Source: a virus. Taken from it: a stretch of 33,334 bases of DNA. Shown in pieces: positions 1-6,025 of the stretch. Each line of letters begins with the position of its first letter. The stretch's first letter is position 1. Position numbers and translations under genes: made by a program. The notes under the pieces are model-generated. The model was not told the DNA's origin. It was given only the letters and a program-made list of their open reading frames with translations, and searched no databases. Where the stretch lies: positions 1-33,334 of the IMG/VR virus record IMGVR_UViG_3300032212_000106. One strand, given 5' to 3'.

Positions 1-107
1 CAGACGAAGCAGCAGCTAAAATTAAATGCTCACGTCAAGCTTTATATAATTGGGAAAAAGAAGGGTTTATTGGGGAAAAGACGACTAAGGGATTAAATAT
101 TGCGAAC
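1..107. repeat. End identity: 1-107 is identical to 33228-33334
   Basis: Base-by-base comparison of the two window ends shows a 107/107 match, truncated by the window edge. Confidence 0.95.
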
Positions 108-161
108 TGGCATACAAACCTAAAGAAACTGGGGCTTAGTCCTACACTAGAAGCTATCTAG
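1..161 (+). CDS. 3' part of a small helix-turn-helix (Cro/Ner-like) DNA-binding protein; the same gene as 33179..33334 because the window wraps
   Basis: Joined across the 107-bp end identity, the ORF is 69 aa: MKITVKNIKLATNSKTADEAAAKIKCSRQALYNWEKEGFIGEKTTKGLNIANWHTNLKKLGLSPTLEAI. The TADEAAAKIKCSRQALYNWEK segment looks like an HTH. Codons here start at position 3 and the stop TAG is at 159-161. Confidence 0.6.
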   Translation, partial: DEAAAKIKCSRQALYNWEKEGFIGEKTTKGLNIANWHTNLKKLGLSPTLEAI

Positions 162-437
162 CAGCTTGTTTGTTTCTTCTAGCAAATATGCCTCTGTACC
201 ATAACGCTCCTCAAACCGGCTCTTAAAGGGGTGGCGTGAGGTGTAGGCGGTACAATCTGAACCTTCTCGATGATGGTAGTAACACAAACCAATCGTTTTT
301 TGATTACCGTCCCCTGTTCTACCGTATGGGTGATGAATTTCTGGTGGGGAGTTAACCCTCTTCTCAATCAAGCAAACAATACAACCTAACTGAGAAAGTT
401 GGTCATACCGTCTCTTGTCTTCCTTATTCACTAACAA
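147..437 (-). CDS. Ref-like (RecA-dependent nuclease family) HNH nuclease
   Basis: The motif layout LGCIVC..(12)..EIHH..G.G...KTIGLCYYHHREG...FEERYGTEAYLL matches the phage P1 Ref / DUF968-type HNH pattern. The start overlaps the upstream stop. Confidence 0.65.
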   Translation of the reverse strand: MLVNKEDKRRYDQLSQLGCIVCLIEKRVNSPPEIHHPYGRTGDGNQKTIGLCYYHHREGSDCTAYTSRHPFKSRFEERYGTEAYLLEETNKLLDSF

Positions 438-640
438 ACCAACCTAGCAGCATCCGAAGTATCTACAACAGCCTTATCATCAGCAATAAATGTTTCAGCC
501 ATACTCACAATCTGGTCTATTTCGTGATGCTTTACTTCTTCGCTTTCGTATTCGTCATATTTACAGTGATTTGCATGCTTAACGATTCTTTCAGCCATGA
601 GTTTGGCCAGCTTTAGCATTTCATCTTTTGTATGGTTCAT
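431..640 (-). CDS. hypothetical early protein (69 aa)
   Basis: ORF with ATG at 640 forming an ATGA overlap with the stop of 637..921. Chosen over the longer 652 start. Confidence 0.6.
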   Translation of the reverse strand: MNHTKDEMLKLAKLMAERIVKHANHCKYDEYESEEVKHHEIDQIVSMAETFIADDKAVVDTSDAARLVC

Positions 641-921
641 ACTAAACCCCACTCTATAATTGACCGACCATGATTAGATAATATTTTCGATGGAAATGAG
701 CGCAAAGGCTGAAACTCTTTGCCTCTGAATATCGAACCCCAGCAATTAGGGTGCTTTGGCTTCATATTAAGCCTATCTGCTACCGCTCTCAGGTCATCGG
801 TAGAAACAGAGCCGTTTTGCTTTGCAATAAGTCGTGCATTAAACCGCATAGCATCTACAAACTCTTGGTTATTTGCTTCGACCTGTATCTGCCCTTGTTC
901 TTTTAGTTGTTTTCCGTTCAT
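637..921 (-). CDS. hypothetical early protein (94 aa)
   Basis: ORF preceded by a GGAGGG Shine-Dalgarno. It is part of a coupled leftward operon. Confidence 0.65.
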   Translation of the reverse strand: MNGKQLKEQGQIQVEANNQEFVDAMRFNARLIAKQNGSVSTDDLRAVADRLNMKPKHPNCWGSIFRGKEFQPLRSFPSKILSNHGRSIIEWGLV

Positions 922-923
922 AA

Positions 924-1016
924 CTAAAACCCTCCTGGAACAGTCATAAAATCAATAAACCGCTTAACCCATGTTTTACGAGTCATGTTTTTAAGGTCTT
1001 TGTTAAATATCTTCAT
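924..1016 (-). CDS. small hypothetical protein (30 aa)
   Basis: MKIFNKDLKNMTRKTWVKRFIDFMTVPGGF. A GGGGTG lies upstream. Its 3' end carries the SD for the next gene. It falls below the ORF-track size cutoff. Confidence 0.35.
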   Translation of the reverse strand: MKIFNKDLKNMTRKTWVKRFIDFMTVPGGF

Positions 1017-1176
1017 CTAGCACCCCATCAGAAAAATAGCTGCTCATCCATTTATACATACTTTCTGTGTCAGTAAATATGTTAATTTTAGCGTCTTCAT
1101 AGGTATCTTGCCGGTTGTCACTAGCATAATGTACAACAAAACCATTCTCGACTTACTTAATATCTAAAGTTTTCAT
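1003..1176 (-). pseudogene. small coupled ORF interrupted by an in-frame TAA at codon 8
   Basis: Reads ATG(1176) MKTLDIK TAA(1155-1153) VENGFVVHYASDNRQDTYEDAKINIFTDTESMYKWMSSYFSDGVLDEDI TAA(1005-1003), all in one frame. There is an ATGA overlap with the upstream gene, and the 3' end overlaps the next start. Confidence 0.4.
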
Positions 1177-1364
1177 AAAAAATCCCCATCTCTTTGATCC
1201 CATGCCGGACTATCTTCTTCCCGACATTCCTCTGCATATTCTTGGTTTTCAATCCGCGCTTCTTCCCTGCGGTCACGTTCCAATTCACCCTTATCAGGTG
1301 AGCGGTTTTCTATCTTATCAATAACCGCGTCTATAATATTCATTGAGTCAATAATCTTATTCAT
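1173..1364 (-). CDS. acidic hypothetical early protein (63 aa)
   Basis: ORF with a GGGGGA SD 8 nt upstream. It is the first gene of the leftward operon. Confidence 0.6.
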   Translation of the reverse strand: MNKIIDSMNIIDAVIDKIENRSPDKGELERDRREEARIENQEYAEECREEDSPAWDQRDGDFL

Positions 1365-1389
1365 ATCTATTCCCCCATTCGTTCTGTAA

Positions 1390-1418
1390 AGTATAATCCA
1401 ATGAATTTAGAATGTAAA
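1390..1418 (-). promoter_or_regulatory. predicted sigma70-type leftward promoter, TTTACA-17-TATACT
   Basis: On the minus strand the -35 TTTACA is the complement of 1413-1418. A 17-nt spacer follows, and the -10 TATACT is the complement of 1390-1395. Both hexamers overlap GTAAAG boxes. Confidence 0.5.
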
Positions 1419-1428
1419 GCATAAATGC

Positions 1429-1454
1429 AAAAAAAAGACCTCAATTAAGAGGTC
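1429..1454 (-). terminator. rho-independent terminator acting on leftward transcription
   Basis: GACCTC (1437-1442), loop AATTAA, GAGGTC (1449-1454). An A8 run at 1429-1436 precedes it, which reads as T8 after the hairpin on the minus strand. Confidence 0.5.
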
Positions 1455-1653
1455 GAAGGTGGGGGGGAGTGAATTCGTGTGAGAATATCCATACAGTAAC
1501 ACAAAAAATAAAAAGCCCCAACCTATAGAGGAAGGGGCATTTTAAACTCATATTTGAAACGGGATGAGGGAGACCGTAGTTCCTAGCGAGGGGAAGTCGC
1601 AGGGAATATCAAAACTATACATTATTTTAATTTCGCTTTCTATTGTCTTTTCT

Positions 1654-1669
1654 GTTAACACATGTTAAC
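1654..1669. promoter_or_regulatory. 16-bp palindrome GTTAACA-ca-TGTTAAC upstream of the replication gene
   Basis: Perfect 7-bp inverted arms, 57 nt upstream of ATG 1726. Confidence 0.4.
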
Positions 1670-1725
1670 TTTGGTCTACGAGGGGAGTCGTGATAGAAAG
1701 CCTAATCTAATTATGGGAGTTAAAA

Positions 1726-2529
1726 ATGTACGGAAAAATATTTCACTCAATTTATGATGGAACGCTAGCGGAAAACTGGAAAGCTTTAATCACATTCCAG
1801 CAATTAATTGTTCTTTGTGATGCTGACGGTGTTGTTGATATGACCCCAGCCTCAATATCAAGACGAACAGGAATACCTTTAAACCATATAGAAGAAGGTA
1901 TATCAATACTTACCGCGCCAGACCCATCTAGTCGCTCAGACGAAAAGCAAGGAAAAAGACTTATACCATTAAACCCAGATAGAGATTGGGGGTGGGAAAT
2001 AGTTAATCATAAACACTATCGAGACCTAAGAACTGCGGAAGATAGGCGTGAATACATGCGTAACTACATGAAAAATAAGAGAAGTAAACAAAAGTTAACA
2101 AAAGATAACAAAAGTAAACAGTTAGCTAAGTTAGCCAATACAGATACAGATACACATTCAAATACAAAGACAGATGCAGATACAATTATATCGAGCAAGC
2201 TCGATGGAGTGGTTGAATCGCAGGTGATACTGAACTACCTAAACGACATATCTGGGAAATCTTTTAAGCATGTTGAGTCGAATCTAAAATTAATCAAAGC
2301 AAGATTTAATGAGGGCCATTCTAAAAAAGAAATATGTGCTGTTATTGATAGAAAAGTTACTGAGTGGCGTGACGACCCAAAAATGGCAAAGTACATCAGA
2401 CCTGCAACATTGTTTAATGCTGAAAAATTTAATCAGTATGTTGGGGAGTTGGGCGTGGAGACACCAGAAGAAAAAGACCATAGAAAAATAAACGAATGGT
2501 TGGGCGAAGGAGAAGTGTATGAACACTAG
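1726..2529 (+). CDS. replication initiation / replisome organiser protein
   Basis: The N-terminus IFHSIYDGTL..NWKALITFQQLIVLCDADGVVDMT resembles phage replication protein O-type N domains. The C-terminus ILNYLNDISGKSFKH...LIKARFNEGHSKKEICAVIDRKVTEWRDDPKMAKYIRPATLFNAEKFNQY fits the conserved phage C-terminus (Phg_2220_C-like) domain. Confidence 0.75.
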   Translation: MYGKIFHSIYDGTLAENWKALITFQQLIVLCDADGVVDMTPASISRRTGIPLNHIEEGISILTAPDPSSRSDEKQGKRLIPLNPDRDWGWEIVNHKHYRDLRTAEDRREYMRNYMKNKRSKQKLTKDNKSKQLAKLANTDTDTHSNTKTDADTIISSKLDGVVESQVILNYLNDISGKSFKHVESNLKLIKARFNEGHSKKEICAVIDRKVTEWRDDPKMAKYIRPATLFNAEKFNQYVGELGVETPEEKDHRKINEWLGEGEVYEH

Positions 2530-3196
2530 TGAAAAGAAAGCATTTTTTGAGGTTATAACGAAAACGGGTGAATTGTACGATAAAACAATAAAGCTAGAGC
2601 GTGTAAGCGTGTATTGGGACGCTTTAAGCCATAGAGCTATTGATGATATAAGGCTGGCTATAAATAAACATATTCAGGATGCAGAAAGAGGGCGGTTTTT
2701 TCCTTTGCCAGCAGATATAAGCCACCAGCTACCAAAAGAGTTAAACGCCTGGTTATCAGCAAATGAAGCGTGGGCTGCTTGCCCTAAAGACGAAACTCAA
2801 TCATCGGCAATGTGCGACGAGATGAGCCAAGCATTATTTATCGCCCAAGATTTAATTGATAGCGGAGATATGATTGCCGCAAGAATGGCGTTTCTTGAAA
2901 ATTACAATAGGCTAATAGAGGCCGCAAAATCAGAAGGGAGAAAACCAAACTGGTTTCCTAGTTATGGTTCAGGCAAGGAATCAAGGTTTAAAGCTGACAG
3001 AGAAACCATAGATCGTAAAAATTTAGCCTTACCGCGTGGCGAATGGCTAGAGATTCCTGATTTACAAAGTACTGAGCAGATAGAGTTTAAGGATTTGCTT
3101 AAATTGGAAGAAAAACATAACCCAGAAGAAAAAGAGAAAAGCAGAAAAGCCTATTCTGTTGGTATGGGCGATATTAAAAATATATTGAAGAAATAG
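2519..3196 (+). CDS. hypothetical protein, possibly replication-associated
   Basis: A 225-aa ORF overlapping the stop of the organiser gene. The function suggestion rests on position only. Confidence 0.6.
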   Translation: MNTSEKKAFFEVITKTGELYDKTIKLERVSVYWDALSHRAIDDIRLAINKHIQDAERGRFFPLPADISHQLPKELNAWLSANEAWAACPKDETQSSAMCDEMSQALFIAQDLIDSGDMIAARMAFLENYNRLIEAAKSEGRKPNWFPSYGSGKESRFKADRETIDRKNLALPRGEWLEIPDLQSTEQIEFKDLLKLEEKHNPEEKEKSRKAYSVGMGDIKNILKK

Positions 3197-3225
3197 TTGC
3201 ATATCGTAAAGTTATAGCGTAAAGT
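3197..3225 (+). promoter_or_regulatory. predicted rightward promoter TTGCAT-17-TAAAGT with two GTAAAGT boxes
   Basis: TTGCAT at 3197-3202, a 17-nt spacer, TAAAGT at 3220-3225. Boxes are GTAAAGTT at 3206-3213 and GTAAAGTA at 3219-3226. Confidence 0.45.
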
Positions 3226-3247
3226 ATATAAAACTTAGGAGAAAAAT

Positions 3248-3559
3248 ATGAAACCAGAAACATTAAAAATAGACGAAGTTGAATATGTGCGTAAAGACGC
3301 GGCAAACGTAGTGCTAACTACTAAACAAATTGTCGTATTACAACGCGGGTGGGTTGTTATTGGTGATGTAAATAAAACAAGCGAGGAGGTAACAATTAAA
3401 AACTGTTCGATTATTCGTGTTTGGGGTACGTCTAAAGGGTTGGGCGAGATTGCTGAAAACGGGAAAACAAGCAAAACTGTTTTAGATTCTAGTCCAGACG
3501 TTATCGTGCACCCTTTGTCTGTAGTGCTTTATATGAACGTAAACATGGATAATTGGTAA
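3248..3559 (+). CDS. conserved hypothetical protein (103 aa)
   Basis: ORF with an AGGAGA SD. The QRGWVVIGD...IIRVWGTSKGLGEIA segment resembles a recurrent phage hypothetical family. Confidence 0.75.
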   Translation: MKPETLKIDEVEYVRKDAANVVLTTKQIVVLQRGWVVIGDVNKTSEEVTIKNCSIIRVWGTSKGLGEIAENGKTSKTVLDSSPDVIVHPLSVVLYMNVNMDNW

Positions 3560-3777
3560 TGGACGCAGGATCGGTTGCTATAAGGATCGGCTACGGCTAC
3601 GGCAACGGCAACGGCTACGGCAACGGCGACGGCTACGGCGACGGCAACGGCGACGGCGACGGCGACGGCTACGGCGACGGCAACGGCAACGGCAACGGCA
3701 ACGGCTACGGCAACGGCGACGGCGACGGCTACGGCGACGGCAACGGCGACGGCTACGGCTACGGCTACGGCTGGTAA
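3559..3777 (+). CDS. Gly-[Tyr/Asn/Asp] dipeptide-repeat protein (72 aa)
   Basis: ATG 3559 overlaps the upstream stop (TAATG). The product reads MDAGSVAIRI-(G-Y/N/D)x30-GW. The stop at 3775-3777 is followed one nt later by the next ATG. The frame is chosen from translational coupling only. Confidence 0.55.
   Translation: MDAGSVAIRIGYGYGNGNGYGNGDGYGDGNGDGDGDGYGDGNGNGNGNGYGNGDGDGYGDGNGDGYGYGYGW
3589..3768. repeat. tandem array of 30 GGCNAC hexamers (N = T, A or G)
   Basis: Read directly. All 30 units are identical except position 4, which is T in 10 units, A in 10 and G in 10. A GGCTGG unit follows. Confidence 0.98.
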
Positions 3778-3778
3778 T

Positions 3779-3931
3779 ATGAACCACATAAAAACAGTCT
3801 TAATTCTATCTATCGGCTTTATTATCGGCGGTCAAGTAGTATTACTACAACCAAAGCCGGAACCGATTAAGATTTGCTTTAAGTGCACTACTGAGCAATT
3901 AACGATGAAACATAGGGTTAAGTGTCCGTAA
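3779..3931 (+). CDS. small membrane protein (50 aa)
   Basis: MNHIKTVLILSIGFIIGGQVVLLQPKPEPIKICFKCTTEQLTMKHRVKCP. It has one hydrophobic helix and a Cys-containing tail. It falls below the ORF-track cutoff. Confidence 0.5.
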   Translation: MNHIKTVLILSIGFIIGGQVVLLQPKPEPIKICFKCTTEQLTMKHRVKCP

Positions 3932-3968
3932 CAGCAAGATAACCACTAACAGCACAGAGGGTGTGTAG

Positions 3969-4151
3969 ATGAAAGTAACATTAACAGACGATGAAGTAAG
4001 GCAGATATTGCGTGAAGCCTTGTATAAAAAAATGGATTTTAATTGCAGCAAACCAACAGAAGAAAACACTTGGTTTGATGTGACAGACGCAAACGGCGAA
4101 GTTCAGGACTTAGAAGAAGTAACTTTTACTTGTGATCTTGGAAAAGATTAA
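3969..4151 (+). CDS. hypothetical protein (60 aa)
   Basis: ORF with a GAGGGTG SD upstream. Confidence 0.6.
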   Translation: MKVTLTDDEVRQILREALYKKMDFNCSKPTEENTWFDVTDANGEVQDLEEVTFTCDLGKD

Positions 4152-4181
4152 CCAATAACTAAAACATATAGGGTGGTAGGA

Positions 4182-4376
4182 ATGGCTTGCGATATATCAG
4201 ATGAAGATTGTGGAGAATGCAATATTCAATATTGCCCCGAAGAAATTGAAGACCTTAATTTTAAGCATTTGGAGCTTAAAGAAAATATAGAACAGCTTGA
4301 GAAAGATTTGGAATATGCACAAAAAGAATTAAATGATTTTGTTGGTGACCATAAAAGCATTTTAATTCAGATATAA
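4182..4376 (+). CDS. hypothetical acidic Cys-containing protein (64 aa)
   Basis: ATG 4182 is preceded by TAGGA. GTG 4173 is an alternative start. Confidence 0.6.
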   Translation: MACDISDEDCGECNIQYCPEEIEDLNFKHLELKENIEQLEKDLEYAQKELNDFVGDHKSILIQI

Positions 4377-4424
4377 ATTAACCCAACACCCCCACTATAG
4401 CGGGTAAGTAAATAAGAGGTAAGC

Positions 4425-4535
4425 ATGAAAAACCTAAAAGCAAAAGCAACAGTATTGGCATTTATGAAAGGCGCACCAGCACCACCAAACGAGCTAGCAG
4501 CAAAAATTATTGTTGGTATAAGTATTTATTTTTAA
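4425..4535 (+). CDS. small hypothetical protein (36 aa)
   Basis: MKNLKAKATVLAFMKGAPAPPNELAAKIIVGISIYF, with an AGAGG SD 6 nt upstream. Confidence 0.35.
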   Translation: MKNLKAKATVLAFMKGAPAPPNELAAKIIVGISIYF

Positions 4536-4663
4536 GAGTTAAACGATTTATGGGTAGAAGCATGTAGTCATGCACAGTTGGCCAGTCTTAACGCTACTCG
4601 CAAGTAGAAAGTTAAGGAGCAAGGATTAACGCCCTTGCCTACCTACCATACAGGAGAAAGGAA

Positions 4664-4906
4664 ATGAGAAAGCAAGAGTTTATAGATGCTCTGTATAAAG
4701 CTGGGTGGGATGCTCCGCACGATGCACAATGGAATAATATTGGAAAATTATGGGCTGATATATTCCCAACAGTGGCAAAGATTGAGGCAGAAATTCCCGA
4801 CTTAATAGAGACTGCCCATCAAGCAGGGCAATACATGAACGGGAACGGGGTGGGATGTAGTTATTCAGAAGCAAGAAATTACAGAATTAAAACCTATAAA
4901 AGCTAA
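4664..4906 (+). CDS. hypothetical protein (80 aa)
   Basis: ORF with an AGGAGAAAGG SD. Confidence 0.65.
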   Translation: MRKQEFIDALYKAGWDAPHDAQWNNIGKLWADIFPTVAKIEAEIPDLIETAHQAGQYMNGNGVGCSYSEARNYRIKTYKS

Positions 4907-4930
4907 CAACAAAAGAATAAAGGTGATGTG

Positions 4931-5155
4931 ATGTGTAAATTAAATAAAATCTTATTGCGCGATAAGCTGACAGAGGCTTTTATTAATTATCAATATAGAC
5001 TTGATAATCCTATGCCTCTATCAACAGATACGCCAGAAGCAATTAATATTAAATTTCATAGTGACCCGTTATTTAATAATAAAGTAAACCGTTTAGTTGC
5101 TGGGGTTATATCTATTGTCTCTGATGTAGAAAACAACCAAAAAGCTAAAGAATAA
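4931..5155 (+). CDS. hypothetical protein (74 aa)
   Basis: ORF with an AAGGTGATG SD region. It is flanked by a 22-nt direct repeat. Confidence 0.6.
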   Translation: MCKLNKILLRDKLTEAFINYQYRLDNPMPLSTDTPEAINIKFHSDPLFNNKVNRLVAGVISIVSDVENNQKAKE

Positions 5156-5165
5156 AGGTGATGTG

Positions 5166-5480
5166 ATGGGAAGTATAAGAGACAAAGTATTAGAAGATTA
5201 TGACGACGGGAAAAGGCTTAAATCAGATGCAAAAGAATGGCTTGATTCTGGCTCAGAGAATGTTTATGTAGCTGAGTCTATTATTAAGGGTTTACTAGAA
5301 CAACTCGAACAAAAAGAGAAAGAGTTACAGGGTTATAAGGGTGCTCTTGAAAGATTATCAAGCATGGAAGCGTTTGAAATGCCGCGCTTTATGAATGATG
5401 TTTCAGACAAAGAGCTATTGGCACGAATTGATTACGCAAGGACAGCCCTTGCAAATCTTGGAGGTGGTGAGAGTGAGTGA
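5166..5480 (+). CDS. hypothetical coiled-coil protein (104 aa)
   Basis: ORF with the same 22-nt initiation region as the preceding gene. Confidence 0.6.
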   Translation: MGSIRDKVLEDYDDGKRLKSDAKEWLDSGSENVYVAESIIKGLLEQLEQKEKELQGYKGALERLSSMEAFEMPRFMNDVSDKELLARIDYARTALANLGGGESE

Positions 5481-5718
5481 ACCAGTGATATTAAGTCGAG
5501 AAGATTGGAATAGTGTTACAAAAGAAAATGCCGCTTTAGAGGATGCGCTTAAAAAATCAAACCTAGCATTATGTAATGCAGAAGAACGCATTACTCAGCT
5601 TGAGGGGGTTTTGAATAAAATAGCAAACACGGACGGAAACATACCAACAGAACACGCTGGCGCATTGTTTGCGTTAATGATAAGAAAAGCTAGGGAAGCA
5701 ATCGCTAAAGGTGAATAG
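5473..5718 (+). CDS. hypothetical coiled-coil protein (81 aa)
   Basis: GTG 5473 lies 8 nt after GGAGG. It is preferred over ATG 5395, which would overlap the previous gene by 86 nt. Confidence 0.5.
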   Translation: MSEPVILSREDWNSVTKENAALEDALKKSNLALCNAEERITQLEGVLNKIANTDGNIPTEHAGALFALMIRKAREAIAKGE

Positions 5719-5719
5719 T

Positions 5720-6025
5720 ATGGATAAGTTTTATCTCAGAAATAAACAAGCAGGTTTTTTAGGTAACTCTCCGATGTGGTATGCAAAAGATGGTCAGGGC
5801 TATACCGCTTATGTTATGGGCGCGGAGAAGTTTACCAAAGAAGAAGTGGAGGAATTAATTGACGAGACTCATGGCAAATATGAGGCGTATAACTGTGACC
5901 ATGTTAATGAACGATTGCATTTAATTTTCGACGAACAAGACAAGCATAGACTCGGAACAGACGATCCTTGCCCCTGGAAACAAGGCTACACAGAACCACC
6001 AAAGGATAATAACAATGCCCGATAG
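5720..6025 (+). CDS. hypothetical protein (101 aa)
   Basis: ATG 5720 lies directly after the AAAGGTGAATAGT junction repeat. Confidence 0.65.
   Translation: MDKFYLRNKQAGFLGNSPMWYAKDGQGYTAYVMGAEKFTKEEVEELIDETHGKYEAYNCDHVNERLHLIFDEQDKHRLGTDDPCPWKQGYTEPPKDNNNAR

Noticed and set aside
147-181. The inverted repeat CTAGAAG...CTTCTAG in the convergent overlap of the HTH gene and the Ref-like gene, read as a bidirectional terminator.
   Set aside because: The loop is long (about 22 nt), there are no flanking T/A runs, and the element lies inside coding sequence on both strands.
3589-3768. The array read as a CRISPR array or as a diversity-generating retroelement variable region, because NAC codons vary only at the first base.
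   Set aside because: There are no spacers, as the units are contiguous 6-mers. I found no reverse transcriptase or template repeat anywhere in the genome. Variation also includes units with A retained and shows no second-position changes, unlike DGR adenine mutagenesis.
3589-3768. The exactly equal 10/10/10 use of T/A/G at the variable position, read as a deliberate or encoded pattern.
   Set aside because: My rough estimate puts an exact three-way tie at a few percent by chance. The order of units shows only a loose higher-order similarity (units 5-11 against 20-27). That is not enough to claim design.
3529-3789. A minus-strand ORF encoding (Ala-Val)x30, and the overlapping Arg/Ser/Cys-rich ORF at 3578..3787.
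   Set aside because: Both are by-products of reading the hexamer array in other frames. They lack an SD and are antisense to a tightly coupled rightward operon. I still record under the array finding that the Val-Ala frame makes all array variation synonymous.
5395-5472. A longer start (ATG 5395) for the 5473..5718 gene, and similar long starts at 31654, 32038, 27104, 8476, 8686 and 12223.
   Set aside because: The longer versions overlap upstream genes by tens of nt and lack an SD. Internal starts with an SD or with stop-start overlaps fit the operon's coupling pattern better.
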